DNA of 64,000 bases from an uncultured virus (IMG/VR IMGVR_UViG_3300030099_005341) (Duplodnaviria; Heunggongvirae; Uroviricota; Caudoviricetes), in IMG/VR virus record IMGVR_UViG_3300030099_005341, one strand, 5' to 3'. The notes beneath the pieces are model-generated. The model worked only from the letters and a program-made list of their open reading frames with translations. It was not told where the DNA came from and did no database searches. The translations under genes and the position numbers were made by a program. Numbering within the stretch: position 1 is the stretch's first letter; the number at the start of each line of letters is the position of its first letter. Positions 21,801-30,500 of this stretch are shown one piece after another.

Positions 21801-24349
21801 ATGAATGGGGAGCTAATGCACAAACAATAGAAATACTAGTTTCTTATGATGCTAATAACAATGGCACAGAGGTTCCGATGAATACTAATCCGGCTATATG
21901 GGAAACAGAACCAAAAGAAGATATAGGTTTAGATATATATTACGAAGCTACACAAGCATATCCAATTAACATAGATGACAACACTGTTAGTCTTATAGCT
22001 GAACCTGGTATGAGAATAAAAGATCCTTTGGAAACAGAGCATAAATTTTATACAGAAATATCAGCTTTACCTTGTTTAGGTGCTAACACTTCAGAAACTA
22101 TAACTTTAGATGATGCTGGTAATACGGATATTGTAGATGGTATGGTTGCTGTTGGTGCTGGTATACCAAATCACACTTGGAACGGTGTAGCTCAAGGCGG
22201 TAGTAGAGTTCAAAGTTATAACTCTACGCTTGGTACATTTAAGGTAGACAATGGTTCTAACACAACAGCTATAGCTTTAACAGCTAATTGTACTAGCGTT
22301 ACGTTTAAAGTAGCTGCACCTAGTGCTAGTACCGCAAATTTATTTGTAACAGATTCAACTGGTCTTGCTAATACTGATTACGTTTATGCTATAGATTCTT
22401 ACGGTGATCTAGTAAGTGGTATAGGTGCTTCCGCTTGGAGTCACGCTAAAATTACAGCTGTAGATAACAGTACAACGCCACATACTGTAACAATAGATCA
22501 AACGCAAGGAGACAGTAGATTTTTAAAAGATACCACGTTAATAAAACATGAATCATTTAAATATCCAAATATTATTCTTTCTACAAACGTTGATAAAATT
22601 ACTTTTTCAAATGCAGTAGAAAACTCAACTATAGCCGATGCCACTACTTTAGAGCTTGACTGCGATGGTATAAGTACTTTTGTTGTTACAGAAGGAGTGA
22701 CAAACGTAGGTGCCACATCTTTGTTTATAGAAACATCTCAACATAATAAAAAGAGAGAATTACCTTGGTGGAACTGTTATAGCTTTGCTAACGGTGTTGA
22801 GTCTGATAGAATGAGAGATGATTTTAATGCTGTTAGAATAGATAAAGGTGTTAAAGCATCTATGCCTTTAGCAACACCTTATGAAGAAGAAAGAAAAGGT
22901 AGCAGCTTTATATTCTCTGGAATATATAACTCTACTAGCGGTGTTAACAATACAAATCAGTTTATACAAGCAGAACCTATAACAAAAGATTTAAATCCTA
23001 TATATGGTTCTATACAAAGAACAATAGCTAGAGATACTGATCTTGTAACATTTATGGAAGACAAAGTGTTTAAAATACTAGCTAAGAAAGACGCGTTGTT
23101 TAGTGCTGGTGGTAGTGCTGCATTAACAGCTTCTAACAAAACACTAGGACAAGCAATTGCTTTTTCAGGTGATTATGGTATATCTAAAGATTCTAACTCA
23201 GTTGCTGTTGCAGGATTTAGAATGTATTTTACAGATAGAAACAGAGGTGCTGTATTAAGATTATCAAGAGATGGAATAACACCTATATCTAATAATGGTA
23301 TGAAAGATTATTTCTTTGATAACTTCTCCGCTATAAACTCTAATCATGGTTTGATAGGAACTTTTGATGATAAAAAAGATACTTACAATTTAACTTTTTA
23401 TGGTTATACAGACACGTTAGGTAATGCTAACCCAACTATAAGTTTCAGTGAATCTGTTAAAGGTTTTACAAGTTTTTTAAGTTTAAAAAGTGGAGATAGC
23501 GATACTGATTACAAATTAATAAACGGTGCTGGTTTTAACAATCAATATTACACTTGGCCTGTTAGTTTAGACCTTGGTACTAACGAGATGCATAAAATAT
23601 ATAAACACCACTCAAATAATACGCATGCTAATTTTTATACAACACAACATTATCCTTCTATAGATGTTATATTAAATGATGCTCCTGATACGGTTAAGAA
23701 TTTTAAAACTATGAATTATGAAGGTTCTCAATCAAAAATCATAGTTCAAACAGCTGGTGCGACTGGTGTGTCTACAGATGGTGAATATTACAATAATACA
23801 GCTAAATCAGGTTGGTATGTTGATAGTATAACAACAGATCAACAAGCTGGTAAAGTTCACGAGTTTATAAATAAAGAAGGTAAGTGGTACGGTAAAATAA
23901 AAGGTATTAGCAATTCGTCTAGTCGTGCAGTTGATTTAAAAGCGTTTAACGTGCAAGGGTTAGCTCCAGCTTATACAGGTACAACAACAACGGTGGTAAG
24001 AGTTGATGATCTTTATCCTTGGCCACTAAATGAATCGCTACAATTAGGAGATCTTTTATTTAGTGCTGGTACACTAACCAACAACCAAAGTAGCACAACA
24101 ACGTTTTTAGGTATTGTTACAGCTATAACTCCTGATAATGGATCTACTGGTTATCATCAAATAACACATGATAATTCTGGTAGTGCAAGTGCTCCAACAA
24201 ACGGTCAGTTTATATTTTTCGCTAAAGACGAAAGAGTTAATTTAAGATCTGTGTTAGGTTATTATGCCACGGTAGTTATAAAATCAGACTCAACAACTGC
24301 TGGTGAAATATTTACGATTGGAGCCGATTGGCACGAAAGTAGTAAATAA
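15860..24349 (+). CDS. Giant tail nozzle/hub (stabilization-protein-like) with large insertions
   Basis: MNKDMDERL...GEYRDAHNI start, LFWTDN, FSYRYKY, NRIVYGNY, YFTDRNRGAVLRLSRDG, KEGKWY; 2829 aa. Confidence 0.7.
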   Translation: MPESKNTFRGGKMNKDMDERLMSNGEYRDAHNIEVSTSEGANVGAAQVIKGNTATGLLARSLGKTIGHVVDEKTDKILFLRTYQPFDQSSGPDNVYAAMKTSYDDANGADDDLYYSDDIIETNSAGTSSYIGCDKYRVLVNIGDLNSAVTMGLDSDSSWNYLKGAHPVSGKRPMKLVYLVLNNVVQNLATLFSAHGGELYLHTQPTSNTHVVTLKDKYGADNTVAITSGGNGTKNYAIFESERVFNFEALTARNYITGINLIDDMLFWTDNNSEPKKVNIKRLKLGTDSSGNYGRPTKLFIKDKNNVNGASDADWLLPHHATVAKLSPTKSINFDAYNTDQLRNGTNFTAEKGLYGYKPIIIDTTCNALFTGTTGVDVSANTNTVNNGGLLMTNTSTFTFKPKSKVHYKIGDTLHFKLTFTDALGDTDEAEVYAEVTGAGALNGFGGGQGANTQEADVIGTDKYGCKIKSITVNTPITLKAEKYTWEVSLVQKSPFFEFKFPRFSYRYKYSDGEYSTFAPWTEVAFVPGTFDYLPKKGFNLGMKNHMRYLKIRDWRPKDTPSDVVEISILYKETGSTNVYTIDKFEKTDTEWTTKGVIASETSNTSIVWNDHGSYLLDSDLIHAVVPGNQILRPWDNIPRKAKAQEIIANRIVYGNYLQNYNMIDESGPSYIKPKFEVNLLERAGNEPKKPFKSLKSLRKYQIGVVYSDKYGRETPVLTDKSAVFRIEKEKAPKYNSIDAKITTAAPKWASKFRFYVKETSNEYYSLAMDRHYDAKDGNIWLSFPSAERNKLQEDQFIILKKQHGNDVFVEDEARYRILDIKGTAPDYIKTENHYWGTVNPVNEFGGIGFEASGYPYTGRQYIDLPQEQWDSSSLQNIGVLHTSKSIEIKIRNTITKEQSGWYTVSNIESHRTGERKVKRIKIKELFKDDMSFTSKDQGTTMVTGLVIDIRERKLVNSAQFDGRFFVKIQKDSVIKKNLATAEGSVPSRFIVTMSKQISYIDYYGVGGVHGYSTGGMRCQGNGVRGQTPHPGHTGNYISDAKSFSWKGSNVTMGQGAYYSTPNGGFVPGVPSLYSGPNFAAAYTVPWGDQYVPNTDLINYPNQSGVTGITGNSTTRTSNNTISSYSSNSQDIGQLTLKGGYYDWKAGSPGWIDYSANSGASDTVGVYAALGSTSGTNGLGSSPHPFYYANYDAVYSLHSGSSCDNTPWVSRPLVTRHGTAWNYFTSWGGKYGANGRGKFGKRDNINNQSGGVWDHAAVWPGVDGQSYVGGTSSGGTSWRFNRTHMSFLGNGSESNPVGGPWPTNWARHLQMFASTANGSSETSPAVYENMNLTGHYPWSYNFQFKTAYIANFDTMHINNILAGGEHNYQYPNWRSRYNGIGETTSSSATGKVAMYGKDWNENISINSWDNSTSSGTGTEHSRSKISWAYTGDGADKPWDTPGKQHIRTWGATGDAYGEDAETPVFEEKQYGGGYMRRSSHHPSKRWWEAWWNGNGWTNEDWDSNRPYYNNGGDTKLQSRKERPDRRWFIDHCGAAQDKCGIGVGRGNSRQMDLSFVGFGTGVDKNDDWTLAAASGEQAFADAMVTPGTQFRFREDPFQIVYTITKGQVSIAQDPGYVDSTTGKWVDSTTSNDGENPYILNYSSDPDDADTYDILNRRLRLRITVDKEFFVTDNIENDHNLVNYLGQRTTYNANAASALQRYPQTMWNGTSYTTSGDRTGVNTLRAWHPLSNAFNVLGGHNVMNPATLSKDLTSTTYFDSYGKPKPGALQTDPTKPHYNPRGVTIVRYDETQNPLSPFLIADNEEDEYGTNRAIRGWIPWTVKYTKPHTEPTVPVASGDWPNTSQFSPHGSEWSYVLTTANDVGGTGKKEWIDFVDTINFQSLSASFGPNRDHFNQDPWHSYRLATTTGKSTTETSSTANTGGGASAPVINTPVGQFYNNINSTTEYNITSDDDSKRAVGAASSNNGAAYLGISGNSKIGLHEWGANAQTIEILVSYDANNNGTEVPMNTNPAIWETEPKEDIGLDIYYEATQAYPINIDDNTVSLIAEPGMRIKDPLETEHKFYTEISALPCLGANTSETITLDDAGNTDIVDGMVAVGAGIPNHTWNGVAQGGSRVQSYNSTLGTFKVDNGSNTTAIALTANCTSVTFKVAAPSASTANLFVTDSTGLANTDYVYAIDSYGDLVSGIGASAWSHAKITAVDNSTTPHTVTIDQTQGDSRFLKDTTLIKHESFKYPNIILSTNVDKITFSNAVENSTIADATTLELDCDGISTFVVTEGVTNVGATSLFIETSQHNKKRELPWWNCYSFANGVESDRMRDDFNAVRIDKGVKASMPLATPYEEERKGSSFIFSGIYNSTSGVNNTNQFIQAEPITKDLNPIYGSIQRTIARDTDLVTFMEDKVFKILAKKDALFSAGGSAALTASNKTLGQAIAFSGDYGISKDSNSVAVAGFRMYFTDRNRGAVLRLSRDGITPISNNGMKDYFFDNFSAINSNHGLIGTFDDKKDTYNLTFYGYTDTLGNANPTISFSESVKGFTSFLSLKSGDSDTDYKLINGAGFNNQYYTWPVSLDLGTNEMHKIYKHHSNNTHANFYTTQHYPSIDVILNDAPDTVKNFKTMNYEGSQSKIIVQTAGATGVSTDGEYYNNTAKSGWYVDSITTDQQAGKVHEFINKEGKWYGKIKGISNSSSRAVDLKAFNVQGLAPAYTGTTTTVVRVDDLYPWPLNESLQLGDLLFSAGTLTNNQSSTTTFLGIVTAITPDNGSTGYHQITHDNSGSASAPTNGQFIFFAKDERVNLRSVLGYYATVVIKSDSTTAGEIFTIGADWHESSK

Positions 24350-24392
24350 GTGGTAAAAAGTGTAACTATATCATTATATTAAATAAAATTAA

Positions 24393-24881
24393 ATGTCAAA
24401 AAACCAAATAGATATAAAGACTAAAAAAGAACTAGCTTTAAAAACCAGAGAGATTATATCTGATATTGAATCAGAGTTAATTAAAATGGTTCCAAGTAGT
24501 AACGGTCAGATAGTTGATTATCACGATAGTGTACACTTTCCTTTGAAACATACTTTTGCAGATGGTATATATGTTAGACAAATGACCATGAACAAGGGTA
24601 GTTTTTGCATAGGAGCAATACATAAAGATTTACATGTTTGGTTTTTATTAACCGGACATATAACAGTAATTACAGAAGATACCAAAGAAGATTACATAGC
24701 GCCTTGCTATGTTGTAGCTAAACCAGGAACAAAAAGAGTTATTGGAGCAAATGAAGATTCTATTTTTGTTAACATACACCAAAATCCAGATAACTGTAAA
24801 GACATAGAAGAGTTGGAAAATAGATTAACCGCAAGAAGTTGGGAAGAATATGGTGAATATATAAAAAATAAAAAACAATAG
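24393..24881 (+). CDS. Cupin-fold protein
   Basis: HTFADGIYVRQM...IH...H...PGTKR...NIH double-stranded beta-helix motifs. Confidence 0.6.
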   Translation: MSKNQIDIKTKKELALKTREIISDIESELIKMVPSSNGQIVDYHDSVHFPLKHTFADGIYVRQMTMNKGSFCIGAIHKDLHVWFLLTGHITVITEDTKEDYIAPCYVVAKPGTKRVIGANEDSIFVNIHQNPDNCKDIEELENRLTARSWEEYGEYIKNKKQ

Positions 24882-24884
24882 AAT

Positions 24885-26033
24885 ATGAGTATGTTAGTTG
24901 TTGGTGGTATCGCCGCTGTTGGTATTGGCGCTTTCAAAGCTTTTGGAGGTGCTAAAAAAGCCAGGAAAGCAAAAAAAGAAGCAGCGAAAGCCAAAAAAGA
25001 AATGAATAAAAGAAAAGCTGCCTATGAAGCCGTTGATACGTCAAATCCATTTAAGGATATGACTAACGCTTTTAAAGGACAGAAAAATGTTTATGAAGGT
25101 GCTGAGAATAAATTCAAAGACATGAAAAATGCTTTTGCTGACATAGACAACGCTTATAAAGGTATGAAGAATCAGTATGAAGACATGGAGAACACCATGG
25201 AAGATTTAACTGTTAACACTCAACAAGCGGAATTTGAAGCACAACAAAACGCGCAAAACCAAGCTAACATATTAGAAAGTATGGCTGGTGCAGCCGGTGG
25301 TTCTGGTATTGCGGCGTTAGCACAATCAATGGCTAACCAAGGAGCTTTACAAGCTGCTAAAGCATCTGCTTCTATTGGACAACAAGAATCAGCAAATCAA
25401 AAAGCTGCCGCTGAGCAAGAAGGTAGAATACAAGAAATGAAAGCTGCTGAAGGAAGTAAGATAGCTATGGCTACAGCTGGTGAAGAAGGTAGAATACAAC
25501 AGATGAAAGCTGAAGGTGAGATGGATGTTCAAAAAACTATCATGGGTGAAGATTCTAAGTTACAACAAATGAAAATGGATAGAGAGTCTCAAATGCAAGA
25601 CAACGAGGCTAATGCTGAAATGGATATACAAATCAAGAAAGGTGAAGGTGATATGTGGTCTGCTGATAAAGAAATGGAAAAACAAAGTACAATGTTAGGT
25701 TTAGCAGCGGAAGAGTACGCTGGAGCTAAAGCATCTCAAGAAGCCGGTAGAAAGCAAATGTGGGACGGTATTGGTGGTGCTGTTAAAGGAATAGTTGGTC
25801 TATCTGACAAACGAGCAAAAGAAGATATTGTTGAATTAGGATTATCACCTAGTGGAATACCAATATATTCTTTTAAATATAAAGGTTCAAATAGCAAAAG
25901 CTTTAGCGGTGTGATAGCACAAGACTTATTAAAGCTTGGTAGAACAGACGCTGTTTGTGTTATGGAAAATGGTTATTATGGTGTTAACTACGATGTTATT
26001 GATGTTGACATGTTAGAATTAAAAACAATATAA
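24885..26033 (+). CDS. Putative ejection/cargo protein with C-terminal S74 intramolecular chaperone
   Basis: Hydrophobic Gly/Ala N-terminus, A/Q/E coiled coil, then SDKRAKEDI...IYSFKY...GVIAQDL...YGVNY. Confidence 0.7.
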   Translation: MSMLVVGGIAAVGIGAFKAFGGAKKARKAKKEAAKAKKEMNKRKAAYEAVDTSNPFKDMTNAFKGQKNVYEGAENKFKDMKNAFADIDNAYKGMKNQYEDMENTMEDLTVNTQQAEFEAQQNAQNQANILESMAGAAGGSGIAALAQSMANQGALQAAKASASIGQQESANQKAAAEQEGRIQEMKAAEGSKIAMATAGEEGRIQQMKAEGEMDVQKTIMGEDSKLQQMKMDRESQMQDNEANAEMDIQIKKGEGDMWSADKEMEKQSTMLGLAAEEYAGAKASQEAGRKQMWDGIGGAVKGIVGLSDKRAKEDIVELGLSPSGIPIYSFKYKGSNSKSFSGVIAQDLLKLGRTDAVCVMENGYYGVNYDVIDVDMLELKTI

Positions 26034-26035
26034 TT

Positions 26036-27595
26036 ATGGCGACAAATCCAGGATTAATGGGATCTTATAAACGAGCTATGCAAGCTGAAGCTGGTGGACA
26101 AAACCAAGCTGCAGAGGGTATGGCTAGTGTAGCTTCCGATATACTAAACTTTACTCAAGAACAACAAGAACTAGAGTCTCGTAAAGTTCGTGAAAAACTT
26201 CTTAAAGATAAAAAGGAAAAAGAAAGATTAGCTAAAGATAAGGCATTAGACGATAATCTTGATAGATTAGAAGCAGCTGGTTTGTCAGCTCAAATGGGTA
26301 CCGCTTTCATGGAACCTTATTATGACTATATTACAGAACAAAGAAACGCTCAATATGAAGCTTTAACAAATGGAGATAAAAAACGAGCAACAGATCACTT
26401 GTCTAGAGTAAAAGTTTTAGCACAAACAATGCAACAAATAAAAGATGCAAAACAAGAATTTTTAGAAAACACCAGAGGTGGTAGTGGTGATACTAGTCAA
26501 TTATCAAAAGGTATATCACAACAACAATTATCTTTTGCTAAACAATTATATTCACAAGATCCAAACTTATTTGTTTTCTTTGCTGGACAAGATCATCTCG
26601 AAGAAGGTGCTCTTGATTACTATGGTGATCCATTAAAGCCAGATCAGCAGTATGCTATAGTAGAAGATTTTAAAGGTGAAGAGCATTATATAAATGTTTT
26701 AGATGGTAATAAAAATATGTTCATACAAGACGATAAAGCTGCTTTAACTTTTCAAGAGTTTAGACAAGATCAATTTACAAAATCATCTGCAGCTAAAGCA
26801 AATAATAGTTCAGCTGAAATAAATGTTGGTATGATTAAAAATAAAATGGACGACTTGTTTGAAAGTAGAGATACAGTAATGTCATTTGCTAATGATATGG
26901 TTTTAGAATCTGATGGTGGTACTTTTAAACAACATTTATATGCTCAAGTTGATAAAATGATAATGCTTGGTGATAACGGTATGGGTGTTTTTGATGAAAA
27001 TGGAGAGTTGAGAGAAAGAGGTATTGATGAAAGAAAAGAAATACCAGATCCACAAAATAAAGGTAAACTAATACCAAATCCTAATTATGGTCAACTAGAG
27101 AACCATTGGGCTGATAGTTTATCTGACGAAGATCGTATCGCTATAACAGAAGCCGTATGTAATCCTGATCATGAAAGTTTTAATTACGAAACTACTAAAA
27201 AACTAGTACACGAGTACTATACTAAAAAAATATATAAAGCTTGGTGGAAAGGTCAAGGATTTGATGAAGATAAAATAGACCAGATATATAACGATGCTTA
27301 TAAGATTATGTCTGAAGGTAAAGATAAAGATCTTAGAACAGCTATAATAAATGGTGAGCAATATGTTGAAGATAATGGTAGAATGGTACCTGTTGAGACA
27401 CCACCAGAAGAAATAAACCAAGATTACGCTGAAGATACTATGACTGTTGAGGAAGCTCAAAAGATACTAGACGAAGCAGAACCTTACAGTAGAGAAACTA
27501 TAGAAAAAGCTACAAAAGTTTTATCAGGTAAAAAGAACGCTGATGATGATGATAAGACTTACGCTGTTAATTATAAAGGTTATCAAATAAAATAA
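26036..27595 (+). CDS. Putative internal virion/ejection protein
   Basis: Helical 519 aa ORF between cargo-like genes. Confidence 0.5.
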   Translation: MATNPGLMGSYKRAMQAEAGGQNQAAEGMASVASDILNFTQEQQELESRKVREKLLKDKKEKERLAKDKALDDNLDRLEAAGLSAQMGTAFMEPYYDYITEQRNAQYEALTNGDKKRATDHLSRVKVLAQTMQQIKDAKQEFLENTRGGSGDTSQLSKGISQQQLSFAKQLYSQDPNLFVFFAGQDHLEEGALDYYGDPLKPDQQYAIVEDFKGEEHYINVLDGNKNMFIQDDKAALTFQEFRQDQFTKSSAAKANNSSAEINVGMIKNKMDDLFESRDTVMSFANDMVLESDGGTFKQHLYAQVDKMIMLGDNGMGVFDENGELRERGIDERKEIPDPQNKGKLIPNPNYGQLENHWADSLSDEDRIAITEAVCNPDHESFNYETTKKLVHEYYTKKIYKAWWKGQGFDEDKIDQIYNDAYKIMSEGKDKDLRTAIINGEQYVEDNGRMVPVETPPEEINQDYAEDTMTVEEAQKILDEAEPYSRETIEKATKVLSGKKNADDDDKTYAVNYKGYQIK

Positions 27596-27599
27596 AATT

Positions 27600-30500
27600 A
27601 TGGCAGAATTAAAACCAGAGCAGAAACAAGCCTTAGAGAGAATGATCGATGAGCTTGAAGCTAAGAACGTTGATAGAGACGAAATCAACAGACAGCTTAG
27701 AGCACGTGTCGACGAGTATAAATCAATGAATGAGGTTGAAGAGAAAAGAGAAAAGAAAAAAGATCCAACTAACTTTGGTGAGTTCTTTTCAGATAGTATA
27801 GTTAACATTATGAAACCTACACCGCCGGGAAAGCCGGCAGGCTCCGTGGAAACAACGGAAGCGGAGCCAAATGCTTCGGCTTCCGAGTCGGAAGATACTC
27901 AATCGGAATCTTCTTTTATAGGTCTTAGTAATGACATGTTAAACATGTACCCACCTGTAGCGATACAAGATGGTACAAGTCTACATCCATACACTAAAGA
28001 ACCAAACTGGTATGAAAGACAAGAAATACAAAAAAGAATATACGACGACAAGAGAGATATGGCTGGTGATAACACCACTGAGCTAACAGATGAAGAAACA
28101 AACACAACTGTTATAGATGGCGTTGCTCGTAAAGAAGAGTCTTGGTTACGTGGACCTTTTAAAGATAAGTATACTTATACGTATACTAAAGACCACCCTA
28201 ATTACAAAGGGGAAGGACAAGAGGTAAGTGAACAAGATATAAATAAATATGAAGCAGCAAGCTGGGTTAATAGTCTTGATAAAAAAGCAGAAGCTATAGC
28301 TAGTCAGTATCATGACTCTGAAATGCAAGAGAAGATAAAGAAAAACCCACTAGCTTGGGTTAATGGTGATGTAAGAGCTAAAGATGTTGAAAACCACGAG
28401 CTACAACAGTCTTTAATAAAACAAAGTAAAGCAGAAAATCAAGATATAGATATTAACCAAGATGGCGTTTATAACGTTGAAGACGCTAGGATACAAGGTG
28501 AAAAAGATCTTAGAACAGAGGCTGTTGCTTTTGAAAAATACTTAAAAGAAGCTGAAGGTGTATTACAAAAGAAATTTCAAGATCAGTTTTACAAAGAGTA
28601 TGACGATCAAATTAGTGTTGCTCAGAAAAAAGTACAAACTAAATACGCAGAAATTTTTAATGCTCAATATGGTGAAGAGTTAGATAAAATAAAAAAAGAA
28701 ATAGTTAAACAGCACGAGATAGATAGTGAAAAAGGTTACTACGCTGAGTGGATGACGGGTGAAGATATAAGTGAACTGTTAGATAAAAAATACAGAAAAG
28801 CAACAGAAAACTTACACTTAGAGTTTGAAAAGATATATGCTAAAGAGTGGGAGGCAGATCTTAATAAAGAAATAGAACAGTTAGGTGATGAATTTGCTGA
28901 AAAGAATAACCAGTGGTTTACAGACTCTTTTGACAGAATGTTAAAACAATTTACTCCACCCGGCACTTTAATACCAACAACAGAGTATGATGCTGTTGAT
29001 AAAAAGTTTGATGAAGCTGGTATTATAGGTTTACCTGAGAGAGCTAGAATGAACGCTCTTAATAATGCTTGGTCTCAAGTTTCTGAAGCTTTATCGCCTA
29101 GCTTAACATCAAACCAGTTAAAAGCTAGAAAAGCAGAGTTCTACGGTAGATACATGAGAAAGTGGTCTATGAATAGCGCTGGTGAGTATAGTCAGTTTTT
29201 CTTTAAAAACATGGCTGAAACAATGGGTGATAAAATAAAACCATTACAAAGTCAAGCTAAAAAAGATATGGTTGCTTTAAGAGATACTGATCCTGAACTT
29301 TTTAAAGCAGTAAAAGAAGCAATGAATATTATAAATATTCCTACGTACGATCAAAAAGACATAACTCTCAAAAAGCAAAAAGCAGAAGCTCAAGAGATTT
29401 TAGACAAAAATCCAGAGATGTATAAAAGTTTAAAAGGTATACTGGATAGAATGTCAACCTTAGAAAGAGCTAATAACTGGAGGATTGGTATTATAAACAA
29501 TCCAGAGATTAAAGAAAGCTATTTTAAAATGTTGGGTAAGGGCTTTGGGCATGCTAACGAAACAGATGGTAATATAATAAAGTATTTACCTTTTTTAGCT
29601 GGGTTAGATGCTATAGGTGAGGCTGTTGACATGTACGAGCTAGCAAAGAAAAATCCTAAAGACTGGACAACTGAGGAAAGAATAGCAGCACAGTTATTCG
29701 CTTGGAAGTCTTCTTCAGATGAAATATCAGCTAACATATCGTCTGGTTACAGACATGGTAAAATGCTACAAGAGGCCGCTCCTTATATAGGTGAGTTTGT
29801 AGCTTCTGGACCTGTTTTTGCTGGTACAAGAGCTGTGGCTAAAAAAGCCCTAACAAAAGCTATTATGAACAAGGCAGATGACATGATGATAAACCTGTAT
29901 AAGCAAGGTTTATACAAAGGTCTAACTGAAGCTGGTAAAAAACAGTTTGTTAAAAACTCTAGAAAAGCTATATTAAAAAATAGAGCTATAAATGGTTTAT
30001 CATTTTTTGTAGGTACAATAGCACAGACAACAGCTAACCCACAGCATTACATAGGTAAAACTATAGAAAACATGACACCTGAATTGCAAATGCAATTTAC
30101 ACTAGAAGGTGATGAGTACTTAAAACTATTAGATGAGGGTAGATACAACGAGCTAGGACCAGAACCTACATTTGTAGAAGGAACTGAGTTAAGCGGTTGG
30201 GATGCTGCTTTTCAAGGCTTTGGTTTAACGTGGGCTGAGTTTGCAACAGAAAGACTAGGAGAGGCGGTTCCTATGTTGGGTAAACATATTGGAGAAGAGT
30301 TACTTGTTGATGGTACTTGGTTAAAAAAATTATACTTAGGTTGGTATCAAAAGAAAAACAAAATGACACCTGGTATGTTGAGATCAACTATAAAGAAAAC
30401 TGGTTGGAACGGTATACTAGGGGAAAACTTTGAAGAGTGGATTAACCTACCTTTACAAAATATAATAACAGGACAACCATTGTTACAAGGTTTTGATGGT

